Notes: a model not told the origin generated them from the sequence alone. 64,000 nucleotides of DNA from Eledone cirrhosa (GCA_964016885.1 OZ024743.1:169322001-169386000); one strand, 5' to 3'. Positions 1 through 13,111 are shown, numbered from the stretch's first letter. Numbers and translations: made by a program.

Positions 1-360
1 CTGACTATGAAATCGCCAGATCCTCAGATACGTCTCGATCATTCGAAGCAGAGTTTCCAAATGTCCAGATAATCACGCGGCCTTCGCTCATCAGCTTCTT
101 TAACTGGACATTTGGAAACTCTGCTTCGAATGATCGAGACGTATCTGAGGATCTTGCGATTTCAGAGTCAGCTTCCATCATCGCATCGATCGTACCTCGA
201 GCTGGTCGCCAGAGAAACGATTGTAATATGTCTAATAAATTTTAATTCGTCGCACCACTCATTCTCCGTTTCTTATGTGATATTATACTCTGCTCTGTAA
301 GAGCATCGAGTGCTCAAACGGCCTACCGCATACAGACGCTTTAAGCATCCTACACCAATT
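1..360 (+). mobile_element. PLE 3' end with inverted partial copy (fold-back; left arm cut by window edge)
   Basis: 1-68 is the reverse complement of 104-171. HHR at 137-233, ACTC..GAGTGCTC motif at 287-315, then (TA)n. Confidence 0.7.
137..233 (+). ncRNA. Type I hammerhead ribozyme, long stem II
   Basis: Stem I AGACGTAT/ATATGTCT, core CTGAGGA, about 62-nt stem II (TCTTGCGA..TCGCCAGA), GAAA-CGATTG-TA. Confidence 0.75.
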
Positions 361-390
361 ATATGTATATATATTTATATACATATATAT

Positions 391-1507
391 ACTAGCTAGA
401 AAAATGCGTACAGCAAAAAAAAGTAATATTGTTGGAACAAACCTTTAAAAATACAGGACAAGGAAGTAAGATAAACCTTTAAAAATACAGGACAAAGAAC
501 TAAGATAAAACTTTAAAAGAATAGGACAAGGAATATAAATTTTTACAATAATATTAGTGGCAAAATTCAATTGGTAAAAAATTGAGTTTCCATCATTACA
601 CCAATTACAACTATGATGTTCCGCATGCATCCACTCCAACCATGATCACTTGTCTGTCATCTTTCCCGGTCCAACTCCTCGCGGATGACCCGGCGCAACT
701 CGGACTGGGTCGGAGCAGGAACTGGAGGGGGAGAGGGAGGGGTACGGGTCTTGACTCTGGGACGATGACGGCGAGTGACCAAGGTGAATGGGCCCGTGTT
801 CGACTCGGAATCCTGCTGGTCCTCGATGACACTTTGAGGCACGGTTGACGGTTCCGGACTGGCTTCATGGGCAGTGGTAGAAGGGCAGGTGGATAGGGCA
901 GAGTGCTTCTTCCCTGGAGAGCACTTGAAGCAGGTGAAGCCGGCGCCGGACTCGTTGAACCACTTCCAGACAGCACTGGGCATGTTGGCGCAGCAATGAT
1001 GAAAGTTGAAGCAGGCGACGAGGGGGGAGGAGGTGGAGGCGTTGGTGCAGGAGCAACAGACTGCTGATTTGGGAGTCATTGTAGCTGGGGGATGCAGGCG
1101 CTGAGGGGGCTCGAGTAGAAGGGAAGAACAGAAATGAACCATGATGACTTTTCCTACATTTTTCCTGGCCCACTTCCTCATGAACCAATGAACCAGTTGG
1201 TACAACTCGGACTTGGAGGAGGAACACAAGACAGGGATCAATTTCATTGTATTGATATTTCTCATTAAGTAATTTCATGTTACTCAAATAAATCACTTTT
1301 ATTTGATCAATTATCTATTTTTCCAATAAAATTTTTGCCACTAATATTATTGTAAAAATTTATATTCCTTGTCCTATTCTTTTAAAGTTTTATCTTAGTT
1401 CTTTGTCCTGTATTTTTAAAGGTTTATCTTACTTCCTTGTCCTGTATTTTTAAAGGTTTGTTCCAACAATATTACTTTTTTTTGCTGTACGCATTTTTCT
1501 AGCTAGT
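391..1507. mobile_element. Non-autonomous element with about 175-bp terminal inverted repeats containing internal subrepeats (foldback/MITE-like)
   Basis: 391-565 is the reverse complement of 1333-1507. The TIR holds about 3 copies of a ~35-bp AAACCTTTAAAAATACAGGACAA unit. Ends are ACTAGCTAG/CTAGCTAGT. TSD ambiguous. Confidence 0.75.
615..1079 (-). pseudogene. PHD-finger ORF1-like fragment of a CR1/L2-type LINE inside the TIR element
   Basis: CCSC..VAC..FHHCCANM..W..G.FTCFKC (degenerate PHD), Pro-rich linker, then IREELDRER/RQVIMVGV across a frameshift, like LINE ORF1 coiled-coil/RRM entry. GC-rich island. Confidence 0.55.
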
Positions 1508-1974
1508 TTCCTATTTTTCAAGGCAATGCAAACAACAACTACTTAATTAAATAGTTATTACTTTAGTTACTTCTATCAAAAAATCCCAAAAATGATGTTA
1601 ATGAAAACTATAGGTGAAAGTGAAGCTATTCTTTTGTGACCTCTTAGTTACTTGTACCAATTTTGAATTTAATTCAAGCTACAGTGTCAGCCTGTGCATT
1701 GGAGTCACAGAAATAAGTTGAGATATTTTATCTAATTGGTACAAGCATCCACTCCACATGGCGGGGACATAGGTCAGATCGTGGAGCACTCACCTATCTT
1801 AAAAATATTAACTTATGATAAATAAGAGTCATTTAAGAAAATACAATTTTTTTAAATTAGTAGGTGAGCATTAACAACTGAATCTAAATGGAGCAAATTT
1901 GCACCATTTGCATTTAGTTGAAAATAACATTTTAATTAAACATGACAAATTCTAATGCAATAGAAGGCAAATAT

Positions 1975-2240
1975 CAATTTTCACATGCAAATTTTTTTGG
2001 GATTTTTTTCACGCGCGCCATTTTTGGTCGATTTTTTGTCAATTTTTCACATGCAAATTTTTTTGGGTTTTTTTTATCTTTTTTCACGCGCGCCATTTTT
2101 GTCGATTTTTTGTCAATTTTTCACATGATAATTTTTTTTTGGATTTTTGGATTTTCTTCACGCACGCCATTTTTGTCGATTTTTTGTCAATTTTTCACAT
2201 GATAATTTTTTTTGGATTTTTGTATTTTCTTCACGCGCTT
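1975..2240. repeat. Tandem repeat, about 74-bp unit, about 3.5 copies
   Basis: CAATTTTTCACATG recurs at about 1976, 2040, 2114, 2188. Confidence 0.85.
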
Positions 2241-2820
2241 TTTGGTATGCATTATTCATATGTTTTGCTTGTTCTGATTGTCTTTTTTCTTTTATTTCAG
2301 CAGCTTTCCGTTTTTTATACTCCCTATTCCTAATGGCATTTTTTCTCCGTTTTTCATTCTCTTTATGAATTTTTTGATCTTTGGGACATTCGGAAGCACT
2401 ATCAGTCTCATTGAATTCAAATTCAGGTCCAGGATTTAATTCAACACAACCGATAATAAGCAATGATAAGATCAGTGCACGTGTTCTATATTTCTGATTG
2501 GAAATCGGGTAAATTCGTTTATTGGATTTGTAAAAAGCCGCCTGAATGTGAATTTCATCATTCGAATTGCCCGATTGTGGAATTGTTTCATTCGAAATGG
2601 AAATATTGCATTTTCGCGCCAGGCAAAAAAGTAATAAGCCGATCAAAAAGCCGCGAAACGTATATGGTGACTTTTTTCGAAAGCCGCGAAACGTATGAAG
2701 TGACCTTTTGCGATTTTTTTTGCGACCATTTTGGCGAGACTTTTGCAGGGAAACAAATTTTTCATTTGTAATAGTCAAAATAAATAAGCCGATAAAAAAG
2801 CCGAGAGACGTCATTTTCAT
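2158..2820 (-). CDS. 220-aa ORF with 2A-like motif (GCVELNPGP) followed by a K/R/E-rich segment; probable TE-derived N-terminus
   Basis: ALILSLLIIGCVELNPGP at about 2425-2478 resembles the LLL.GDVExNPGP StopGo consensus. Parent element not identified. Confidence 0.45.
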   Translation of the reverse strand: MKMTSLGFFIGLFILTITNEKFVSLQKSRQNGRKKNRKRSLHTFRGFRKKSPYTFRGFLIGLLLFCLARKCNISISNETIPQSGNSNDEIHIQAAFYKSNKRIYPISNQKYRTRALILSLLIIGCVELNPGPEFEFNETDSASECPKDQKIHKENEKRRKNAIRNREYKKRKAAEIKEKRQSEQAKHMNNAYQKAREENTKIQKKLSCEKLTKNRQKWRA

Positions 2821-3145
2821 ATGTCAAATGAGCACACTATTCGCACCTATCGCAAATGAGTTCACTACTCGCACCTATCGGTACAAAAAATAGCACAACT
2901 ATTCACAACTATTAGTACAAATCCAAATGATTTTCTGAATTTCTAGTATATCAATCAGCGACTGCTTTGAAAGAGAACAATGCAGTGAGTGATTACTCAT
3001 TTGAATATAAATAGAAGACAACCTCAACTAGTTTGCAACGTGTGACCACTTATCGCGAGATAGGAGAACATAATAGCTCCTAATTAGCTCAATGATTAAT
3101 GTTTACTGCCACATTGTATCAACATTTAAAATTCAAATTCAAAAA

Positions 3146-3710
3146 AATAACCGCAGTCACTGGGGGGGGGGGGTTCAAATAACCACCGCACCCCGAATAA
3201 CCGCAGTCACTAGGGGGGGTTCGAATAAGACCCTCACCCCAAATAACAGCAGTCACTGGGGGAGGGTTCGAATAAGCGCCTCACCCCGAATAATCGCAGT
3301 CACTGTGGGGGGGGGGGGTTCGAATAAGCGCCGCACCCCGAATAACCGCAGTCACTGTGGGGGGGGGGGGTTCGAATAAGCGCCTCACCCCGAATAATCG
3401 CAGTCACTGGGGGAGGGTTCGAATAAGCGCCGCACCCCGAATAACCGCAGTCACTGGGGGGAGGGTTCGAATAAGCGCCGCACCCCGAATAATCGCAGTC
3501 ACTGGGGGGAGGGTTCGAATAAGCGCCGCACCCCGAATAACCGCAGTCACTGGGGGGAGGGTTCGAATAAGCGCCGCACCCCGAATAATCGCAGTCACTG
3601 GGGGGAGGGTTCGAATAAGCGGGGGGGGGGGGGGGTTCGAATAAGCGTCTCACCCCGAATAATCGCAGTCACTGGGGGAGGGTTCGAATAAGCGCCGCAC
3701 CCCGAATAAC
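3146..3710. repeat. GC-rich minisatellite, about 48-bp unit, about 12 copies
   Basis: Unit GAATAAGCGCCGCACCCCGAATAACCGCAGTCACTGGGGGGAGGGTTC, with variable G-runs. Confidence 0.95.
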
Positions 3711-3747
3711 CCCTTATCCTCCTCTGACCGGTCCCAAGAGATGCATC

Positions 3748-4029
3748 AAATGCACAGAGCGTCACCCTTACTCACTCACTTACTCACTTGAACACAGTTT
3801 TTTTCAGCAAACTTTGATCATAACTTTTTTTGTGCTGAACGAAATTTCGAGATTTTTAGCTTAAGAGATGTGCAATGATTTACTCTCCATGCTCATATAA
3901 CTTTCATTCATGTGATTTTGATAATCGGAAGACATTCTAATAATGCTGTAAAGAGACGATTGCCAACGAAATCACTAAGACAACAATATTACTAACTATA
4001 AACTAAACCGACTACCGTCGGTTTAGGAT
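3748..4029. mobile_element. Dispersed repeat copy 1 (Helentron/HINE-like end)
   Basis: Near-identical to 4568-4834 and 8788-9055. Has a (CTCA) microsatellite core and terminal hairpin AAACCGAC-TACC-GTCGGTTT before AGGAT. Confidence 0.5.
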
Positions 4030-4205
4030 ATATATATATATATATACAAATGAAAAAATTAATATGTTGCGTACATATCTAAAATCTAATTTGCAAACAA
4101 AATGTTCACTTGCATACTATATTGGATATATACCAGATGTAATCTCCGATTTATACAATTTAAGTATTTAAATCATATTTGCGTACATGCGTAATGAGTA
4201 CGAAA

Positions 4206-4266
<61 letters not shown>

Positions 4267-4274
<8 letters not shown>

Positions 4275-4834
4275 CGTTCATACAAACATACAAGTATAAT
4301 CATATTTATGAAGGTTATATGCATTTATACATAGACATTATACATACTTATTTAATAATACCAACACCAGAACCAAACATTTCTTAATAAAACAACAATA
4401 ATCATTTATTTCTTGATATTTACACGAAGAAGAAGAAGAAGAAGAAGAAGAAGAAGAAGAAGAAGAAGAAGAAGAAGAAGAAGAAAATGATGATGAGGGA
4501 GGGGGGGGGAGAAAGAGGAACAAAACAAGTGGAGGAGGAGGGGGATTATTGGAGTCGGAAGAAGAGAAAATGCACAGAGCGTCACCCTTACTCACTCACT
4601 TACTCACTTGAACACAGTTTTTTTCAGCAAACTTTGATCATAACTTTTTTTGTGCTGAACGAAATTTCGAGATTTTTAGCTTAAGAGATGTGCAATGATT
4701 TACTCTCCATGCTCATATAACTTTCATGTGATTTTGATAATCGGAAGACATTCTAATAATGCTGTAAAGAGACGATTGCCAACGAAATCACTAAGACAAC
4801 AATATTACTAAACCGACTACCGTCGGTTTAGGAT
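4267..4834. repeat. About 570-bp direct repeat copy 2, with (GAA)n
   Basis: Near-identical to 8477-9055. Confidence 0.9.
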
Positions 4835-4840
4835 ATCTTG

Positions 4841-5456
4841 GCGAAACAAATTTCTTTGAGTTTGTACGGGTGTGATATATAGTTATAAAGGTGGGTAAAT
4901 TCCTTCTGATTTATATTTTTAATTATTATGCATCTACCTAACTTTTCTTAGTTTATACATTCCATACAATGGTGGTTTTCCCTGTACATTGATAAACACA
5001 CACTCTCTCGTGTGTATTATCTTTATTTTCATATATTGGTCATATATATATATATATATCTGTTTATGTCGAGCTCGCTTATTTGAGTGGTTTTGGGCTG
5101 CGTTTTCTGGCGGCTCATCCCACCCAAGCTACTAGTTTACTGTCCCATGCACACATTTCCTTCTCTCTACCACGTGTTGCAAGGCGGTTATCTTAAGTTC
5201 TCTTAGAGTTGTGTGGAATGTATTCACTTAACATGCACGCTGATGGACCTGGGTGTTTCTTTCCATACACTAATCTTTTGACGAAAAAAATCTCTTTCAA
5301 TTTGTACGTGGGTGATATATAGTTATAAAGGTGGGTAAATTCATTCTGATTTATATTTTAATTATTATGCATCTACCTCTTAGTTTATAGATTCCATACA
5401 ATAGTGGTTTTCACTGTACATTGATAATCGCACACTCTTTCGTGTATTATCTTTTC
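4841..5456. repeat. Diverged about 185-bp direct duplication (pLTR-like)
   Basis: 4841-5030 matches 5282-5456 (CGAAA..TTTGTACG..GGTGGGTAAAT..). Ends in (TA)n. Confidence 0.65.
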
Positions 5457-5477
5457 TATATATATATATATATATAT

Positions 5478-5599
5478 AGCAAGAAAGTGTTGGTAAAATC
5501 CAGTACTTCAGTATGCGGATAGGGAGCACTCAACGAGGATATAAGTTCCGGAGTTATAATAGTGATGAAACATAAGTCAATTGCATGAACTCATAATCC

Positions 5600-5605
<6 letters not shown>
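5478..5605 (-). mobile_element. Isolated PLE terminal fragment between two (TA)n tracts
   Basis: Carries ACTCC..GAGTGCTC motif (5524-5554, minus) shared with HHR-bearing PLE ends. Confidence 0.5.
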
Positions 5606-5645
<40 letters not shown>

Positions 5646-6135
5646 AAACGATATATAGAAATATATCAATTAAGAAACTAACGAAGCTTTAATACATATA
5701 AAAACAAATACAATTTAAGGTATTGAATAAAAATATTACTCACATAACGAATAAGTTATGGTTGGTGATCGATGGTGAATTTTCAATTCTCTTTAGTCCT
5801 CAGAAACAGATCTGTCTATGGTTGGATGGTCATATTTGGAAGTACCACCATTTAAATATAACTTCTTCGTAATGTCAGTAATGTTTTTTTTTATTCAACA
5901 CCTTACATTGTATTTGTTTCTATATGTATATATGTGTAGCAGTAATTTATTGCTCATTTCAATGGAGTTGCTTTTACATTCTCAAACCGCCCACCAGGGA
6001 AGCTTACCTCTGTGGTTGCATGGATAAGTTGACATTCTGAATGGATTTCGAGCGTCAATGTGTCTGAAATTTGGCGATATCAAAACGTCTTTAGCGAATT
6101 GGTTTATTGGTTTAATCTTCTCCGGAAAATACCGC

Positions 6136-7466
6136 TGGTAACCAACCACTTGAGAAATAAAGATAAAGTAATCCGGGCATGCAAGATAGAGGTGATATAT
6201 CTTTACATATAGTGTTCAGTTCCGAAGTAGTAGCAAGAGTATAGAGAGCTGCTCGTCAGAACGAGGCCGGCAGCTAATAAGAGGGTGAGAAACAAGTCTC
6301 GTCTATTTATAATGCCTACGGGAAGTAACTCTAATTACTTCTCTTTTTTTACCCTAGGGGTCGCTACAATACTCTCTCTCCTCCAGAAGAGAGGCGAATA
6401 ACCCCAAGGTAATTGTAGCGACCCCGCAAGAAATGGGGATCAAGGCAAAGGTATGAAAAGGGTACATGAAAAAAACAATACAAAAAAAAGAAACTCTATA
6501 GTTAAAGAAAACTTTCAATTATTAAGAAACAAGGTAAAGAAAAGCATGTAATACACAATACAAAAAAGGATCCATCGTGGCCAGTTCAGATAAAAACTGT
6601 TTGACAAATTCTTTTGGGCCAGTGGACTCTTCGACCGGAACGAGTCGTGGTCTTGTATGTAGGTGAAGGTGGGGCAGAAGGAGCAGGTGTATGTACAACA
6701 GTGAAAGATGGGGTATATGTGGCTCAGGTGTATGAGCGTCTGTGTATGCCCTTTTCAGTCTGTCAACCGAAATTGTCTCTCTGGATCCTTTAATGTCCAC
6801 AGTAAAATGTTTGTTAGTACGTGCTAACACACGGTAGGCTCCATAGTACGGTTGTGTGAGAGGTTGTCTAACAGTGTCATCTCTGACAAAAACGTGTCCA
6901 CGAGGCAATATCCCTCGGGACTGCAATTTTAACAGTTTGTTTCCTGGTATCCATAGGCGGGAAGTCCTGAAAATACGAGCGCAAACGAGACACATAGGAG
7001 AGGGGATCTTGAGTAGCAAGATCAACAGGGGCAAGCATTTGCCCAGGCAACGCTAGAGGAGCACCATACAACAATTCAGCCGGGGAGAACCCAAGCTCCT
7101 CTTTTATTGAAGACCAAATTCCTAACAACACAATAGGAAGGTACTCGCTCCAAAGTAGAGAGTCTGGATAAGCACAAAGAGCGGTCTTTAATTGGCGGTG
7201 AAAACGCTCCACCATTCAGTTTGAAGCAGGATGATAAGATGTGGTCCGAATGCGTTGAGCGCCAATAATTTTTGTTAACTCCGAGAAAATATGTGATTCG
7301 AATTGCCTACCACGGTCTGTAGTAATTGTGGTTGGCACGCCATAGCGGGCAATCCACCCTGATACCAGGGCACACGCTATCGTGTCGGTGGTAATGTTCT
7401 TTAAGAGGATGGCTTCAGGCTATCGCGAAAAACGATCAATGCAGGTCAAAAGGTAAGAATATCCAC
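6136..7466 (-). mobile_element. Ty3/Gypsy LTR retrotransposon 3' part: integrase pseudogene, PPT, putative 3' LTR (6136-6368)
   Basis: YLLTCIDRFSR, TDRGRQFES, TTSYHPASN.MVERFHRQLK, SPAELLYG, GPY-like QPYYGAYRV. Purine tract GGAGGAGAGAGAG directly before TGTAGCGACCC. Confidence 0.9.
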
Positions 7467-8450
7467 TCATCATCATCATCATTCGTCGACTACTGTCGAG
7501 ATGATGGATCTCACTCTCATGCCCCAGAATTCCCTGTCCCCCATCGCTGCCCCCAGGTCCCGTCTACTGATTCCCGTATCCCTAGAGATAACGTCAGGGA
7601 ATGACAGCTTCCTACTCCTAGTCAGGCTGGAGTCAGGGTTCCAGAGCAAGAGAGCGGATATGATTTCATTGCTGGCACGGGGACAGTGGCCAGCAAATTG
7701 AGTTCTCCGGGATTTTAGAAGGGCAGAGGCTCGAGGGAGTTTGCCATAGATTTTAGACAAGGTGGGATGTCGTTTCCAGGATAGGTTTTGCACTCTCATT
7801 AAGAGGCGGGTATATGTGCCATCCAATCTCCTCTCAAGTTGTGATGTTAGTGTCCAAGTTTCGGATCCATAAAGTAATATGGGCTTAATGGTTGCTTGGA
7901 ATATTTCCAGTTTTAGCTTGTTGGTAAGTTGAGATGTCCATATGGCGTGCATGTCATTGCACGCTGACCATGCCATACCCTTCCTCGTTAGAAAATCTTT
8001 TTTGGAGGAGGAGATATATGAGCCAAGATACTTGTAATCTTCCACCTGCTTAAGGGTGGTACCATTAAGGGTTCTGATGGGGTAGTTTGGGCTGTTTGCG
8101 CATCTGTTCACATACTAAGTCTTGGATTCGTTGAGGTACAGTCCAACACAGTTGGACGCTTGCTCTAATGACTTCAAAAGACTCTCAGCATATTCCAGTG
8201 ACCGACTGATCAATGCAATGTCGTCAGCAAAGTCGGTGTCGGTCAAGTATTTTGCTGGGTAGCGTGAGCTTCTCCTAGGCTGTAGTTGGTATCCCCTATC
8301 CTGAATCCTATCCACAGACATGCGCAAAACATAATCCACAACAATGATAAATAGATACGGAGCAAGGGTATCGCCCTGTAAAATTCCAGCGAGGATTGAG
8401 AAAGGTGGTGTTTCCCCATCTGGGGTCAGGACAGTTGATTTGGTATCTGT
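7467..8450 (-). mobile_element. RTE-clade LINE, 5'-truncated RT/3' end with (GAT)n tail, abutting the Gypsy integrase
   Basis: GILQGDTLAPYLF, DFADDIAL, YKYLGS, ILLYGSETW, FAGHC; TCATCATCATCATC tail at 7467. Confidence 0.92.
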
Positions 8451-8476
<26 letters not shown>

Positions 8477-8484
<8 letters not shown>

Positions 8485-9055
8485 CGTTCATACAAACATA
8501 CAAGTATAATCATATTTATGAAGGTTATATGCATTTATACATAGACATTATACATACTTATTTAATAATACCAACACCAGAACCAAACATTTCTTAATAA
8601 AACAACAATAATCATTTATTTCTTGATATTTACACGAAGAAGAAGAAGAAGAAGAAGAAGAAGAAGAAGAAGAAGAAGAAGAAGAAGAAGAAGAAGAAGA
8701 AGAAAATGATGATGAGGGAGGGGGGGGGGGAGAAAGAGGAACAAAACAAGTGGAGGAGGAGGGGGATTATTGGAGTCGGAAGAAGAGAAAATGCACAGAG
8801 CGTCACCCTTACTCACTCACTTACTCACTTGAACACAGTTTTTTTCAGCAAACTTTGATCATAACTTTTTTTGTGCTGAACGAAATTTCGAGATTTTTAG
8901 CTTAAGAGATGTGCAATGATTTACTCTCCATGCTCATATAACTTTCATGTGATTTTGATAATCGGAAGACATTCTAATAATGCTGTAAAGAGACGATTGC
9001 CAACGAAATCACTAAGACAACAATATTACTAAACCGACTACCGTCGGTTTAGGAT
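8477..9055. repeat. About 570-bp direct repeat copy 3
   Basis: Near-identical to 4267-4834, flanked by (TA)n. Confidence 0.9.
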
Positions 9056-9088
9056 GTATATATATATGTGTATATATATGTATATATG

Positions 9089-9124
<36 letters not shown>

Positions 9125-9127
9125 TGC

Positions 9128-9186
<59 letters not shown>

Positions 9187-9238
9187 TATATATATATATG
9201 TATATACATATATATATATGTATATATAAATGTATATA

Positions 9239-9321
<83 letters not shown>

Positions 9322-9344
9322 GTATATATATATATATGTATATA

Positions 9345-10805
9345 TTCTTTTACTCTTTTACCTGTTTCAGCCATCCGGCTGAGGCCATGCTGGGGCTCCG
9401 CCCTTGTTGCTACACATTTTATCTCCAGCCTGTATAGGTTGGGAACTGGTGTAAGAGGGAGTTTGTTGCTGCTGCCCTTAGGTTTCCCTCGTGTCTTGCT
9501 GTGGGTTCATCCGGGATGCTGGATAACAAGGCGTCGAGATGTTTCTTAAAGACATCCACCTCCACGTCATGCAAGTCTCTCAGATGCCTCGGCAGCCTGT
9601 TGAAGAGTTGAGGGCCCTTGAATCCCAGGCTATTGCAATACCTGCTCCTTATTCTAGATGTGGAAGACGGGACCTTTGGCACCACACAGTGACGTCCTGT
9701 TCGGCGGTTGGTCCAGCTCCCAATGCCAAAGTTTGGTGCTAGTCCCTCCAGGATTTTCCACATGTAGATCACTGCGTATCTCTCCCGTCTTTGCTCCAAG
9801 GAGTAGAGGTTCAGTTCCTTTAGCCCCTCCCAGTAGCTTGTCTCCCTCATCTTGGCAATCCTCTTGGTGTAGCTTCGCTGGATTGCCTCAAGCTCCGTGG
9901 TTAGTTTGACACTATGGGGTGACCACAACTGGGAGCAGTTGTCCAGGCGGCTTAGGACAAAAGTCCTCCACAGTGTCAACATGGTGTCTCGATCTCTTGT
10001 CCGGAAAGTCCTCAAGATCCAGCCAGCGAGTCGTCTGCACGTTGTCGCCACTTTCATGATGTGTGAAGAAAAAGATGCATCATCGCTCATGTCTATGCCC
10101 AGGTCTCGTATCGATTTTGACACGGGGATATCGGTCCCTCCTGGTCCTGTGTAGCTGTGTTCCACTATATTTGTGTTTGCAGGTTTGTATTGTAGGGCTT
10201 GGAATTTGCCAGCATTAAACTGCATGTTGTTTTCTTCCGCCCATCTGTATATGGCATCCAGATCCTGCTGTAAAAGGGCAGCGTCATCCGCGTTTTTGAT
10301 TGCCTGTGCTACTTTAGTATCATCAGCATATCTAGTGAGGGATGTTGTTGCATGCACCATAGAGGGCATGTCCGAGAGAGCCACCAAAAACAGTAGTGGT
10401 CCCAGGACTGTCCCCTGGGGCACCCCACTTGTTATCGGTGATTCCCTCGAGAGGGCCCCATTTGCTGCGACTGCCTGGCTTCTGTGCCTTAGGAAGCCAT
10501 GCAGCCACTCACCTACTTTTCCAGTTATGCCGAGTCCGTGTAGTTTGTGACATATTATTCCGTGGTCGACCTTGTCAAAGGCCTTCGCAAAGTCAAGATA
10601 TATCACGTCCACATGTGAGCTGTCTAGTAGTTGTCTCAGCACCCAGTCGTAGTGATGTAGCAGCTGTGTAAGGCAGCTTCTTCCTGGGCGGAAGCCATGT
10701 TGCGTGCTAGTCAGGCGGTCATTTTCTTCGAGGAAAGTGATTAGTTTCTATCTGACGACTCGCTCCATGACCTTACTGATATGCGACGTCAGGGAGACTG
10801 ACCTA
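9345..10805 (-). mobile_element. CR1-group LINE, 5'-truncated; RT ORF 9419-10642
   Basis: YLDFAKAFDKVDH, SGVPQGTVLGPLLF, YADDTK, RDLGI, LYSLEQRRER. 3' tail CTGAAACAGGTAAAAGAGTAAAAGA. Confidence 0.93.
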
Positions 10806-11377
<572 letters not shown>

Positions 11378-12306
11378 AAATTTCAGGTTATCAATAATGT
11401 AGTGTAAATATATCGTTACGTTAGAGATGAACAGCGTACGTGCAGGTTTGCTCAACGAGTATAAATTATATTCCGGAGAAATGTAGAAAGGAAGAATATA
11501 AAATGAAAGTGCTTTTGTTAAAAAAGGAATTTATTAGGTATTGACATATGTTTCTGTAACAGACCGAATACCTATGAATCGCTGCTTGCGTAATCATATA
11601 ATGTTAGCAAGTATTCGATAGCAAATGTATAATCAGTTGTCACTTCTTCAGAGATTTTGGATAAACTGGATAAAATCAGAAAAATTGAAGTATTTATATT
11701 AGTAAAAGAGGAAGGAACAGAGGGGATAGAATATGACAGATGGTAAAATAATTTACTGCTAAACAAGTATATAATGGGTTTTTAATGAGAATACCATGAG
11801 TAAATCTAAATAAGAATTTTGGGAGTGCCAATTTTAATCTCTACTTGACCAACTGGACAGTGGACAGGGCTGGTCATTTGGTGCAGTAGTATTAATTAAT
11901 ACTACTGCACCAAATGACCAGCCCTGTCCACTGTCCAGTTGGTCAAGTAGAGATTAAAATTGGCACTCCCAAAATTCTTATTTAGATTTACTCATGGTAT
12001 TCTCATTAAAAACCCATTATATACTTGTTTAGCAGTAAATTATTTTACCATCTGTCATATTCTATCCCCTCTGTTCCTTCCTCTTTTACTAATATAAATA
12101 CTTCAATATTTCTGATTTTATCCAGTTTATCCAAAATCTCTGAAGAAGTGACAACTGATTATACATTTGCTATCGAATACTTGCTAACATTATATGATTA
12201 CGCAAGCAGCGATACATAGGTATTCGGTCTGTTACAGAACATATGTCAATACCTAATAAATTCCTTTTTTAACAAAAGCACTTTCATTTTATATTCTTCC
12301 TTTCTA
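11378..12306. mobile_element. Zero-spacer about 820-bp palindrome of a PLE-like 3' region
   Basis: 11484-11895 mirrors 11896-12306 about ATTAATTAAT with about 3 differences. HHR remnant GGTATT..GAAACATATGTC-AATACC lacks CTGATGA. Left arm has about 105 extra terminal bases. Confidence 0.8.
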
Positions 12307-12312
12307 TATATG

Positions 12313-12348
<36 letters not shown>

Positions 12349-12365
12349 TATGTGTGTATATATTA

Positions 12366-12594
12366 GTGAAGGTGTGTGGCTGAGTGGGTAGAGAATTGGA
12401 TTCACAAACTTGAGATTGTGATTTCGATTCCTGGACCGGGCGATGCGTTTTGTCCTTGAGCAAGACACTTTTTTTCACGTTGTTCCTTCTACCTGGAGTT
12501 GCGACCGATAGATAGTATTAGCAACTGGAAAGACCGACGAAAACATTGTTTCCTCGGTCCGATTTGACGAAAGTCGATCGACTAAAGAAGAAGA
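12366..12594 (+). mobile_element. tRNA-derived SINE (octopus CORE-like family)
   Basis: A-box TGGCTGAGTGG, B-box-like GATTTCGATTCC, GTCCTTGAGCAAGACACTT domain. Copies at 13337-13522(-) and 17526-17754(+). Confidence 0.85.
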
Positions 12595-12734
12595 TATGTA
12601 TATATATATGTATATATATATATGTATATATATATGTTTATATATATGTATAAGTATATATGTATATATATATGTATATGTATATATATATGTATATATA
12701 TGTATATATATGCATGTATATATATGTATGTATA

Positions 12735-12795
<61 letters not shown>

Positions 12796-13111
12796 AAATA
12801 ACAGATTAAAGTTTAAGCAAAGAATCGCTGCTTTCACCCTTAACGGGATCTTCTGAAACTAACAAAGTCAATCTGTAAACGCAGAACTGGATATTTCAAA
12901 AAACGTTGCAACCGGACGAAGACAGGAAGACGATACTTTGGTTCGTGGAAACGTTCGCTGGCAAAGAACGAGAAAAAACGAATAATACGTCATTAATAGG
13001 AGCGGTGAAAAACAATTACGCGCAAAGACAGAACCACGTTTATGGTATAAAAGATGTCGTAGACTAATGTTCTCTTAGGTGGCGCATAGAGACGTTCCTT
13101 AGTCTTCAATT

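Noticed and set aside
3146-3710. CRISPR-like array
   Set aside because: Units are contiguous with no unique spacers, there are no cas genes, and the context is eukaryotic.
12366-12440. tRNA genes
   Set aside because: The A/B boxes are SINE heads followed by SINE body; no full cloverleaf.
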